Origin: Craspedostauros australis
Taxonomy: Eukaryota
Direction: 5' to 3'
Length of the DNA: 36,411 bases
Assembly (NCBI GenBank): GCA_030167865.1
Contig: JALAGF010003503.1
Coordinates: 1 to 36,411 of the forward strand
The position numbers and the translations under genes were made by a program. A model generated the notes under the pieces. The model was not told the origin of the DNA. It made no database searches and was given only the letters and a program-made list of their open reading frames with translations. Below, one piece after another: positions 19,665 through 30,944 of this stretch (its first letter is position 1; each line of letters starts with the position of its first letter).

Positions 19665-21574
19665 TGCTGCTGATGTTGTTCGATTTTATGATGTCAGTCA
19701 TTGCACGACTTCGCCTCGCAAAGGCTTCGCACCGCATGTCATCACGAAAAATCTCCTCGTGTTATTTATTGCCTGCCATTGCGTTTCATTTTCTGGCTTC
19801 GCGCAACATCGCCTCGTCATTTTGATTCGACAGTCGTTGGTTTGACGAACTTGATTGCGTGCACACCCACGCTGTGATGAGCAATGCGTCGTCCCCCTTC
19901 GAATGAGAGAACATGCGCGTCGAGTCTAAGTGAAGTATTTATACTGCTACTGAGCTATGCCAACCACACATACTACTATCCACGCGCACACACATGTTAT
20001 ACATGTTTATGTACATCGTCCAGACGCTCCCGCGTTCAGCGGACTATCCGATGGAGACTGAATCCAGATTATTCCACGCGAGCATCTGTGCCTTTTGTTC
20101 CTCCATCCTCAATCCCACGTTTCCTCCACTCCTGCGTCGGTTGAGATGGCATGGCGACGTTTGCTGTGTGAGGTGCTCCGCTCCATTCCTTAAGTCCTGT
20201 CCCATACTCAGTTCGACTCTTCTTCCATTCCTTTTCCCTTCCAACCCTACCGATGTCCGACACTATTTCATCAAAAGGAAGATTTTCACAGGCAGCTGGT
20301 TGGAGCAGATTGACGCAAACATCAGGTTACAAACACACGATGATCTCCTTGCAAGCTCGTGGTCCACCATGTAGCATACAAACTGCAGTTCCCTTGACAA
20401 CAGAACGCCACAAGGAAGCATCGATCCAGTGGCTATTTCGATCGTTGCTTCTTTTTTGGTGATGGCGTTGAACGCACCAAGATGGCGAGCAACGGCTGTC
20501 GAGCGAAGGAGTGCTTTTCAATTCTTCTTGGGGACCACAAGATGCGTGGATGTAGCCAGACCTGCATCAACTTGCCTGCGTGTTCGTCACAGTCCGTTGA
20601 TGATTTCTCCCCAGGCAGTGATCTTTCGCCCCCAGCCACAGCGCCTGGTTGGAATATATTATCGCTTCCAGGCTTTTACCATGTGTGGCGTGGATGTGGT
20701 TGTGTGCGCACAGCTGTTTTAAATAGTACGACCTACCATACCAATGCCAATGAAGTCGGAACGATAGGCACGTTGGCGGACATGGACGTTGGTGCTAACA
20801 AGTTCAAAAGTGCATGCGAATGTTGAAGCGCCAGCTCGCAGAGGAAGAGGAGGAGAAGAAGAATAGCACTCTGCTCTGGTTCACGGCACCCTCCCGGAGA
20901 AGAGCACCGGCCTCTGCTGCTGTTCGACAAATTGATCGCGTCATTGACTTCACGTCGCTGACGCGCCCAATCAAAGAGTCTGATGAAGCAGAGAACATGC
21001 CAATTACCCCCGTGTGAACCCTTCGCAGATTCATGCATTGCTTTCATGATCCCCAATTGTTGCACCGCGGAACTTTCCTGCCTCGCGCGCTCGACGAGCG
21101 ACGACCGGTAAAACTACAGTCTCCCCACCATTTATTCCATCAACGGAACTGTCTCGACCTCCCCACAAATAGTCGTGCTGCTGCGCGTTCTCTCTGTCTC
21201 TCTCCTCCTCGATGCAAGACAGGTCCGAATCGCTCACCGTTGCTTGATGCATCGATCAAGCCCGTAATAGTACGGTAGAGTACATTAACGAATCGTGCTT
21301 TTCCGGCAAATCCTACGCGTAGGAGCGGCATACTCTGCGCGCCAGACCAAAGAATTCTCGCCACCGGGCTTCACATACAACACACAAAGCGCCAAGGAGT
21401 GATCCTCCGCCTTCCGTTGAGTAAGCACACTCCCATCCCCCTCGTATCCTTCTCTGTTAGAATGCTTCCTCGCTCTTCCCTGTTTGTCGCCGGTTTCGTT
21501 GCTTTCTGATGTGTCTTATGGTAGCGAACATCTGTTCTCACATGTGACGCTGTTGATCGAAGATATAATGTTCA

Positions 21575-21594
21575 AGAGAGAGAGAGAGAGAGAG
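21575..21594. repeat. (AG)10 microsatellite
   Basis: Direct reading. Confidence 0.9.
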
Positions 21595-22908
21595 CAAGGA
21601 GTGCGATGCAAGCAACAATTGTGCGATTATTGTGAACTCTGCGTGTCGTTGAAGTGCAGCAGGTAGCAGCTGGAGCACAGCAGGCAGCAGACATTCCAAG
21701 ACCACGAAACAAATGCAAGTGCATGGTCCGGCCGAGAACTTTGTGGAGCACGCCCAATCAGCCAGGGGGGACAAGGAGAACCCCACCTCTGCCCCCATCT
21801 CCAAAAGTCCGATTGGAAATTGGGCAGCAGACCCATCGGCGGCACCAGCAACAAATGGGTTTCAAGCATCCCATAATCGTCTTCGTGTTGGGCTTGCGTT
21901 TGTGCTCGCATGGATGGCAATACCAGTATGTGTGCATGGTAACATACGAGCTGCGTAGGCAAGAATGCTGCTATAACATCGGTACTTGAAGATGCAGACT
22001 TCATCGACAGCTGTAGATCGGTCTGGCAAGAGGAGAGATGGGCACCTACACTCCATCCCACGAGCATGTGGTAGCGTCGCGTCACGTTGATCGAATGAGG
22101 AAACGTGAACGAGTCAACGGAGGCAAGAGAGCAAGGAAGGAAGACGAGACAGGTGCGTTGGTGAGCGAGCCTCAAAACATCTGCTATACTGGCAGCTCGT
22201 CATGCGGGGCAGTCCACCATGACAAAACTACATTGATACCAAGGAGGATCACGGATGAGGGCTCACCATCGCGCGTTCGTGGCGTCGTAAAATAGCAAAC
22301 TCAATGTCCCCAACGAAGTTCCCAAGATGTCGGTGTGGTGTGGTGTGGTAGAGCGCAGGTCGGCAGTCGTCACGCATTGCGTTGCATGCACTCGACGACA
22401 GTTGAAAATCGTGCGTAAGTATGGCACGAGTGTGGTACATGCACATGCGTAATACGCAGGCGAGGATGGTTACTAGGTTTTGTAGTGCAGGTGTGTCCAC
22501 CACACTGCTTCGGATCGGCGTTTGTGCGACAAGCATCTTGCTTCGCTTCTGTGCCATGAACAAAGATACGATTCGAAACTTGTCGTGACGTCAGGTACGT
22601 ATGTCCAATCAAATCAGAACGCATGTTCGGGACATATGATTGGTGGAATGACGATGGTCTTTCTGTCGTGGATGATCTCGCGCCAAAATTCATGATCTGT
22701 TTGGAAATCCATCCATCACGACCACCACACAAATGGTGTTGGCGGGTCCACGATGAGAAGATGCGAGCACTCTACGCACGAGTACGAGTGCGTACCATAG
22801 ATGGGAGTCACGCCGCACAAAAGGTAAATCAAAGGCAACACCAAACAGCAAGAATCAGACGCGGTCGATGGAACGCAAGCAGTATGAGCTACGAATTGGG
22901 CGAGAGAG

Positions 22909-23634
22909 ATGGCAGCCAACCATTGTGACAGTCAAGACTGCCCCGGTGGTTGGCGGTTTGAAGGGAGCCTCGCTGAGGCCATCCGAGCAGCGCATTCCGA
23001 GATGGACAGCGATTTTCCCTCCGACATGCTGACTGGAGCGAAGGGCTGCAAGGATATTGCGCTCACATGCAAGCATTTGGTTGCTGCACGTGAAAGCGGT
23101 AGAAAGAGTCACAGCTGCGGTGACGGCGAGAACTGCCAAGTGCCTCGAAGTGCTCTTACATCCGGCGGTGCCCGCCTGAAGCATACTGGCATAGATCTTA
23201 ATGCAGGCGACTACGAAGCAGAACTGTTTCGATTCCGCTTTCGACGGGACGATGGCGTTTCCGTCCATGCATTGAGCCGCGCTATGGTTGGTCATGGCGA
23301 CGAAGACGAAGACTGGGAGGTTCATAAGGACTACATCCACCAATTGTTCTGGTTGCATCGCCTTGATGATCATTACGTATCCAACTCCGATGGTGCCAAC
23401 CTGCTCACCATCATGACACGCACTAACCTGGTTGCCGACGCGCTGCCGCTATCGGCCTTCACTGATCACGATGGCATTGATAACATCGATGGTGACGGTG
23501 TGGACGATGGAGAAAGTGAGATGAACGCTCATGCTCTCGCAACGCGCCTGCGACTCCATAAACTCACTGCCACAATTCCGATGCGCTTCGCTCCGTCTGC
23601 AGGAGGTTTCTATAGAGGCAACAGTGCTCGCTGA
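22909..23634 (+). CDS. Hypothetical protein (241-aa ORF), possibly the last exon or remnant of a longer disrupted gene starting near 22445-22623
   Basis: Protein-like composition (YEAELFRFRFRRDDGVSVHALSRAMVGHGDEDEDWEVHKDYIHQLFWL). It is not antisense to any real gene. No recognisable domain. Confidence 0.45.
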   Translation: MAANHCDSQDCPGGWRFEGSLAEAIRAAHSEMDSDFPSDMLTGAKGCKDIALTCKHLVAARESGRKSHSCGDGENCQVPRSALTSGGARLKHTGIDLNAGDYEAELFRFRFRRDDGVSVHALSRAMVGHGDEDEDWEVHKDYIHQLFWLHRLDDHYVSNSDGANLLTIMTRTNLVADALPLSAFTDHDGIDNIDGDGVDDGESEMNAHALATRLRLHKLTATIPMRFAPSAGGFYRGNSAR

Positions 23635-24119
23635 CATCCTCCAGTCATCACGCGCCTGCCTGCAGTCGCTGGCAGCTCTCACGCATCATGCCCAGCAGCC
23701 TTGCACATCGACAACGCGCAAAGCATCGCAGTTCGACTCGCTTCTTCAGGCCAAATCCCATCTTGACGCACGTTCACATGGTCGGGCAACTGCATGCATC
23801 GCGTTGGTGGCAGCGTCTCCTGTGGCTTGGGTACGTACGCGTATGAGTGCTCCTGGTTGGTGGCAATACTCAGGCAGCGAGTCGAGTAGATGCGTACGTA
23901 CTTGTGCAAGCAGTCTCTCAGGAGATCCTAAGAAGGGTTCCGGCGGAACGATGCAGAGTAGAGTACTGTGGCATTGGAGTGTGGGTATAAGTGACAAGTT
24001 TAATAGATGATACCTAGCCGTATGTTAAGATCCAACAGTTTGGGTATCGTATGGTATGTGGAATTTGTATAATATGTGCTGTGCTTGCGTCTCGTGTGTA
24101 CGCGGTTGTGCCGACACAA

Positions 24120-25247
24120 TCAGGCCGCCGCAGCGGCGGATGACGTCAGCTTGGCAAAGGAGTGCGCCGGCTGCTCGTGCGAGGAAGGCTCGGATGCCGT
24201 CGCCCTGCCGTGGAAGAAGATGTTGAGATGCAGCTCGCGGATGATATCGTCACCGAGCCAGGCGAAGAGGGATTCGGAATGCGTGAAGAGGAGACGGTCC
24301 AGCACGACGAGCATGTCGTTGCTGGCGGCGTTGGTCTTGATGCCGTGGTGCTTTTGCTGCTTGTAGAGGAATGCCAGGTTGTTGATGGCCATGGCGTGCA
24401 GCAAGGCGAAGGAACCGATGGTCGATGCCATGTCGGCGCAGCCTGTGTCGAAGGCGAGCTGCGGTTGGGAGCACAGGAGGACCTTCTTGTACATGGCCTC
24501 GGCATGCTGGTAGGCGTTGGCCGCGCGCGGGCGTCCGCTGAGCTGCTGGGCGCGGCGGTGGTAGACGAAGGCGATGTTGATCATGACGGCGGTGCAGTAG
24601 ATCTGGATGGTCTCGGTGGAGACGAGCGAGGCGACGCAGGTCGAAGCCGAAGGCGGCAGCTGGGGGATGAAGATGGGATGCGTGAAGGCGAAGAAGTTGG
24701 TCTCTTCGGTGGCGTTGAAGTGCTGCAGGGCGATGGAGGAGACCTGGATGGCTGCGACCGTCTTGTCGTTGCATGGGCCATCGATGGACGTTGCCGATGC
24801 GGACTCGTCGGAGATGCCATGGTCAGGCTGCGGCATGCGTTGCCGTTGCGCCTGGGGGCCATGGTGGGCATCTTGGTGCTGATGATTGTGTCTTGGGGAC
24901 TCGTTTGGGGAGAAGGGAATGGGCGTGGCCGGTGACGACTGCGGCGCTGCCAGTTTGGCTTGGTGTTGCCGTGGCTGCTGCTGCTCGTGCTGCTGCTCCT
25001 GGTGGCGCTCTTCCTGCTGCTGCCGCTGCCTTGCTTGGCGGAGCTTCTCCTCATCTTCCCGCTGCTGCGATGGCGTGCGTTGGATGAGGATCAGCCTGAG
25101 CAATGATAGCGACTGTCGGAAGCATCGCACGGCGGATCCGTCGCTGGAAGGCGAAGGTGCTGGCGGCGAAGCCGTTGTGGTTGCCGATAGCATCAGCGAC
25201 ACAGCGCGGTTGTTCAGTTGGATTGCCTTTCTCAGTTCTTGCGCCAT
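24120..25247 (-). CDS. Uncharacterised diatom-type TPR-like helical protein, paralog of 18315-19664
   Basis: Likely start ATG 25247 (MAQELRKAIQLNNRAVSLM, 375 aa). Motifs LNNRA...CFRQSLSLL, FAFTHPIFI, CTAVMINIAFVYH, HAEAMY, AMAINNLA, LNIFF...AAAAA. Strong codon bias. Confidence 0.8.
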   Translation of the reverse strand: MAQELRKAIQLNNRAVSLMLSATTTASPPAPSPSSDGSAVRCFRQSLSLLRLILIQRTPSQQREDEEKLRQARQRQQQEERHQEQQHEQQQPRQHQAKLAAPQSSPATPIPFSPNESPRHNHQHQDAHHGPQAQRQRMPQPDHGISDESASATSIDGPCNDKTVAAIQVSSIALQHFNATEETNFFAFTHPIFIPQLPPSASTCVASLVSTETIQIYCTAVMINIAFVYHRRAQQLSGRPRAANAYQHAEAMYKKVLLCSQPQLAFDTGCADMASTIGSFALLHAMAINNLAFLYKQQKHHGIKTNAASNDMLVVLDRLLFTHSESLFAWLGDDIIRELHLNIFFHGRATASEPSSHEQPAHSFAKLTSSAAAAA

Positions 25248-27649
25248 CTTGATTGTTATTGTTGTTAATATTGTTGTTGTGTAGGATGGATGGTGTGGCT
25301 GAGTGCGGTTGAGATGAGTTGAGAAAATGGGAGGTTGGTTTTGGATTGTGCAGTTCGGTTTTGTGAGGTTTCCGAGACGGAAGTTGGGGACGGCTGATGA
25401 TCTTGGCTGGGCGTTTATTCTTGCGTTTCTCCCCGTTGTTGCTGCGTCTTGTCTTCGCGAGGCGCCCACGAGGACGTACTTGCGTAACTCTGTTGCGTGT
25501 AGTGGTACGAGTGGTGGAAATGTGGACATTTGTCCCAGCCTTTCCCTACCACTCGCGCCGTTGGCCGTTGCGCCTGTTTTGGTGTTGGCACAGTGGCGAT
25601 TCTGCCCCTGCGATTTTGATTTGACACAATTCCTCTGTTTGTTTTGTCCGGTCCAGTACTGGCAGAGTACCGCTCTGTTTCTGACAGAGACCCTCCCACG
25701 GCGGTTTGTTGCACTACGCGAAGGAGCAATTGGTATTGTCGCTGCTTGTGCTGCTGTTGCCTGTTGATCGTGGGGCGTCACGCGACTACCTCAAAATGAC
25801 GCCGAACAGACAATGACGGGTACCCACGGGCTATGACGTCGCGGCGCGACGATACGAACAAAAAAAAAGTACTCGTACTACGTACGATGCCATCTTGGTG
25901 CACAAAAAACTCACGGGGGAAGTGATCGATCAACGAGTTTGGTGGTGTTTTGTGTGCGTGTGTTTGACTGGGCGTTCAAATTAAGTGCCGCTCCATACGC
26001 AAATGTCTACGCTGTGCTAGTAGTCGCGCATTCCTTCAACACGCCATCCTCAGCCGAAAATAATCCGTGGGGCGACTTGCTCCGAAGCACTATAGCCGTT
26101 TCGTGATGCGTGGTGCCTTGCGAATGGGGCGCTTGCACGTAGCAGTGTACGAGGAGCATGTACCACGACATGAGTCCACTTGTAGGCGAACGACCCCACG
26201 ATCGTGTTGAAGGGAGGTGATGTCATTCCCCGGAACCTTGTTGGGACAATAAAGACCGCCCAGTAGTGTCAATATGGTAGCCCGCTTGGCAATAGAGACA
26301 CTTCGAAAGAAGGACATAGTTGTCAAACGCCCCAAGGAAAAGCCCGCAAACATCCACAGAGCCCACGTCATTCGGTATCACGGATTCTTCGTGTCAAGAC
26401 CGACCGCATCCCAGAACACGTCAACCAAGTCATTACATATCTAGGCGAATACAGCGTGCAAATCATACCGAAAGTGTGACGACTGTTCCTCTCGATGGAT
26501 TCGGCTCTTCCAGCAATACAATCACACCTCCGCGCACCTCCGAGATTCGGTGGGAATCAGTCGCAATGAACCTCGTAGTGGAGTGTGCGGACCTGTTGCC
26601 CTTATCCGTCGAGCACGACAGAACTTCGTGTTTCTCGAAGTGTTCTGTGTTGGCTTCATTCGTTCGCAGCGGCAAAAGAGTGCAAATACGGCGGAGTGCG
26701 AATGCGCCGATTACTTTTCTCTCACAATGGACGGCCACAACAAACATTCTCTGGACAAACAAGAGAGGAAGACAAGATTCGCCAAACAAAATCGCTGGCC
26801 ACCATTGCGTGCACCTCGTCTTGGCAAGCGCAGCGCGTGGATGCGCGGCGTAAATTCAGCATCGTCGGCAAGTTCGCAACGGAACCTGGAAGATGCGACA
26901 GGCGTCTGATTCCTTTCCTTCAGTGGAAGATTAGCGCAACAGTCTCAGAAAAGAACAATGATCGGTGGATCTCTCCAGCACTCTCACTGTACGATCGTGA
27001 ACGACCAACATGTCACTGGGACAGACATGAACCACAAAGGCAGCGCGCTTGAAGTCTTGTCCTCTCTTCTCTCCTTCACAATGCTATGTGTGCGTTGCCT
27101 TCTCTTGAGTCAGATGCACAGAACAATGACAACGGCAAACATGATAGAAACAGCGCAAAGACAAAACCAGAAGCGCTCGGGCCTCGATACGGACAGTCAA
27201 GAAGGACCCGTACAAGAACTTCCAAAGAGCGGACGAAAGGAATCGCACAATGACGAACCGACGCTGCTTCTCCTCCCAGGCCAAAAATGTGGCCAGCCCC
27301 TGGCTTGTCAACCCTTGTACCGCGGACAGCGACCTTCCTTTGCGAGACGGCCATGTCTGAACACAAACATTGTGGAAAGTACGACTATGTACTTCTGATA
27401 GTTGTGTCCCCTCCTTTCCAGGTTCCTTCTCCGCTGCATGCGGCACCTCTGCCTTCGCCCTTGCTCATTCTTCCTCATCTGGTGGTGCCGCCAGTGACGG
27501 CTGATGCCAACAGGGGTGCTCGAATTCAATCCGTTTCTGTCCAACACGATCTTGTTTCGCTGTGTTACTTCCCGCCCCAACAACGGAAGCAGTGTCGGCA
27601 CCATCGGCGTCAGGGTACTCTGCTCTCCAAATTGTGCACTACTCCAGCA

Positions 27650-28134
27650 GTATCTTTCTCCTCCTTTGGGGAGCGGAGATACACCGATTGCCATTGATCT
27701 GTGACCTCGATGCCGTATCATGGGACGTTCGACGTTCACCATTTCCCCAGACATAGACATCTCTCTGTCGTGTTGAAGATGTTGGTGATGCTAGAGACAC
27801 AGGCTCCTATTGCAATGCGTATCTGCATGTCTAGCATCGTGGAGTGTTGCTGCTACTTGCTTGTCACTTGCCAGAGTATTGGCATCTCCACCAGTGATGA
27901 AGCTCTTCCAGACGCCTATCTCGTGACAGCGGCTTCCCTCTCCACGGCCGTTGCATTGTTGGTCTCGCCATGTCCATTCTCATGACTGGTGATACCGAAC
28001 AACACAGCGATCAAGTACAATACGAGTAGAGCCCGAGTGCGCTCTGGAGAGAACGAAAGAGAGAGAGGCCTGAGAGCAATGTCCGCGAAGTGGGCACCAC
28101 GAATCCTCCATTCGTTCTTGGTTCTGCAACGCAC
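27650..28134 (-). pseudogene. Possible decayed LRR-receptor-like gene (TM plus LRR N-cap remnant)
   Basis: TM-like RALLVLYLIAVLFGIT, a frameshifted (Q)RYAL at about 27810-27828, and GKW*TSNVP*YGIEV at about 27700-27750 resembling the N-cap consensus WL....C.WYGI.C. Multiple stops. Confidence 0.3.
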
Positions 28135-28948
28135 CCCTGGCCCATGAGCACAATGTTCGGGAGAACATGTTGAAAGGTACTATTCCGGCACCATGCTATC
28201 GATTGCTATTCGTAGTGTGGTAACACACGATCGCAGAAGATAAAGCATTTCTGTGGGCCTGCCGATTTGATCTGGGAAGTGGGGTACCTGCCGGTGTAAT
28301 TTCCTGTCCTCTCCGGCACAGAACGATCTATTCCACTCCATCCTCTCTTCACTTCGACACCATCGTGTCTGGACCTGTCGTTGGCGCCATTCTGTTCTGC
28401 TCCCTCTTCTTCTTCTGTTCTCGTCCTTTTGGCGGCAACGCATTCAGTGACATTCCGTCCCATTCCTTCACTCTTGCCACGGACTCTCTCTCTTTCAATC
28501 ATGAGATGAAGAAAATGGGAGACGAGTGATACCGTATGCGTCTTTCCCGATCTCCGCTTGTTCCAGCGTTGCTGATCCAATTCACCAGTATCGTCCTTGC
28601 ATCTCCCGTATACTAGGTTCGTATGAGCACGCTAAGGATCTACTTTGGGAGAGGTAAGTCACCTAGAACAGAGTACGTCGACAGCGCTCGTGCGCTGGAT
28701 CGACGTCTCGCTACCACAGTGCACCGCGTTGATAGATGCCACATTCTGCGGAGTGGCTGTATTCCACGTATAACATCATACGATACCACACTTGCCTCAT
28801 TCGTTGAGATGAAAGAGTAGGAAACCAAACCAAATGAATAATAATAACATTAAAACTAACATAAAAACTAATAAGGACACTCGGCAGTACCAAATCTCGT
28901 GACAATTGGTGGCAACATTGCTCTTCCTCCAACGCCAACGACTCCACT

Positions 28949-30331
28949 CTACGCCAATTCGGTATTATCGAAGATGCAGGTGAATACATGGTTCGCGTAT
29001 ATCTCTTGGTCTTCTCCAATGAGAAGGAACGTGACCAACGTCAATTGGTACTTGATGCCCCTCAAGGCAGCGTTGCCGTGCACCATTCCCGCGCCGTGGA
29101 CGGTGGCATAACCGGCTTCGCGCCCGGCCACGTAGGGGCCGTCGGATCGGAGATAGGTCATCTCCCCACCCTCGTAGTCATCGTTCAGCAGAATCACCAG
29201 GCTGATGGCCTCATCGTCGGTATGGTACGGGCTCACGATGTCGCCATCGTGCTCGAATCGTTGGATGAACGCGGTCGTGATGGGGCGGTCCATATCTCCC
29301 GTGAATTCTGCTATCAGCCGCAACAGCTTCATCACCTCGTCCGGTCCGAACATCTGGATGAGATCGTGGCCGCTCAGAAAATGCTTGTACTGCTTCCTCG
29401 TGCTCTCCGTCACGTATGTTGTGTTGGCGAAGCCCTCCTCCACCCAGGCAATGGCGAGCTGTCGCTGTTCCTCCGACAGCACATCATGTGCCTCGATCAA
29501 CGGCGCATCCAGATCTGTGTACTCGATGAAGCTGAGGATATGCTCTATATCTCTTTCCGTCGGCAGCTGCACGAAGGTGTCCAAGTCACTGACAAATTCG
29601 AATGCCTCATCCTGATCGCACTGTTCGCAGTTGCCGCACACCTGATACCTTTGCGGCACCAGATCGATGCACTCCAACAACCCGCACGTCGCGCATTCCG
29701 TCGGCGAGTTGCCCCAGCACTTGGGCTGCTGTGGCTCGCAGAACATCTGATGCCGCGTCCGCAAGCATTCTGCGTCGTACTTGTCGTGCAAGAGGTTGCA
29801 GCATCCACTCGATTGGCACCTATGCCATCGGCAAGCGAACGCAGAGCAGACGGAGCACTCGTCGGCTGGCGATAATTCCATGCATGCCTCTGTGTCATCC
29901 TCCTCGTACAGTACGTCGAAGTTTTCACTGACGCCATCATCGTCGTCGCTATCACAGAGTTGAGGACAGCTCGGATGCATGAAGCAGTCAAGCGTGTCGC
30001 ATCCCTCTCTTTCGCAGATGGGCTCGGCTTTCCATTCCTCGAACCATCGCCTCCATTCCTCCAGCTCCTGCGCGCTGAGGCGATCTGTCCACTGGCCGCC
30101 GCCGTCGTTGTTCGTATCGCTGCCATGCGCTGTGTCCGCACCGTTCATGCTATCATCATCCTGCTGCGCGCTGCTTCCGTTGACGTTGCCGCTGGAGTAG
30201 GCGTACGCTGCAGTTGCTTCGAAATGGTCGTTGGGATCCACGGGAACGGCAGCCTCCATCCTGCCGCTGGTCGCACTTGAGACCTGGCGGGCGAGAAGAA
30301 CCAGCAAGGCCAGCACAGAGCGTTGCATCAT
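28949..30331 (-). CDS. Secreted Cys-rich 2OG-Fe(II) dioxygenase, lysyl/prolyl hydroxylase (PLOD-like); paralog A
   Basis: Likely start ATG 30331 (MMQRSVLALLVLLARQVSSA signal peptide, 460 aa). A 21-Cys domain precedes AFIQRF...YHTD.EAISLVILLNDDYEGG...HG..MVHG....GIKYQL, which carries the HxD...H iron triad. Confidence 0.85.
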   Translation of the reverse strand: MMQRSVLALLVLLARQVSSATSGRMEAAVPVDPNDHFEATAAYAYSSGNVNGSSAQQDDDSMNGADTAHGSDTNNDGGGQWTDRLSAQELEEWRRWFEEWKAEPICEREGCDTLDCFMHPSCPQLCDSDDDDGVSENFDVLYEEDDTEACMELSPADECSVCSAFACRWHRCQSSGCCNLLHDKYDAECLRTRHQMFCEPQQPKCWGNSPTECATCGLLECIDLVPQRYQVCGNCEQCDQDEAFEFVSDLDTFVQLPTERDIEHILSFIEYTDLDAPLIEAHDVLSEEQRQLAIAWVEEGFANTTYVTESTRKQYKHFLSGHDLIQMFGPDEVMKLLRLIAEFTGDMDRPITTAFIQRFEHDGDIVSPYHTDDEAISLVILLNDDYEGGEMTYLRSDGPYVAGREAGYATVHGAGMVHGNAALRGIKYQLTLVTFLLIGEDQEIYANHVFTCIFDNTELA

Positions 30332-30944
30332 CTTGAAACTGGCGAGGAATGGATGGATGGATGCACAAGATGATCGTGCGCACCTTGTGATGTGTGCACC
30401 AGCCCAAGATGTGAAGATGACGGTCATCGCAGATGCTCTTGTCGCGACCAAACCAAACCAGCACAGAGAGAGAGAGAGAGCAACAAGATGGGAACAACTC
30501 GTCACACAGAACGAACCGAAGCGTCGGAAGCAAGAAAGACACAATCCGAACCCCGATCATAGCCGGTGAATTGGTCGGACGAGTCAACCAGGCGAATCGG
30601 TGTTGGGCGAACGCCGGGAGGCTGCTTCGTGGCTGGATCCTCATGTAGTCTTCCCCTGGCTGACGGCTCCTTCCACACAGAGACGGCACTTCGGTGTGTG
30701 TGTATGACGTGATGTAGGATTACATGAGTCACATGAATACATTACACTTTGCATAATTATATTATATAATAATACATTAATTTATATGATGAAATGATGG
30801 AATAGTATTCTACACCAAGAGCTTGTGGACATGCCTTCGATCGTTTGTCTTGGAGTACAGTGCACGCACGCACGCGTTCATGCATGTACGCATTTGGAGA
30901 CGACTGCTGCTCCACCCACACGTCGCAGCAACACCGCAGCAACA

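Noticed and set aside
21311-21324. Perfect 14-bp palindrome TCCTACGCGTAGGA
   Set aside because: Isolated, with no terminal inverted repeat pair, target-site duplication or RNA-gene context.
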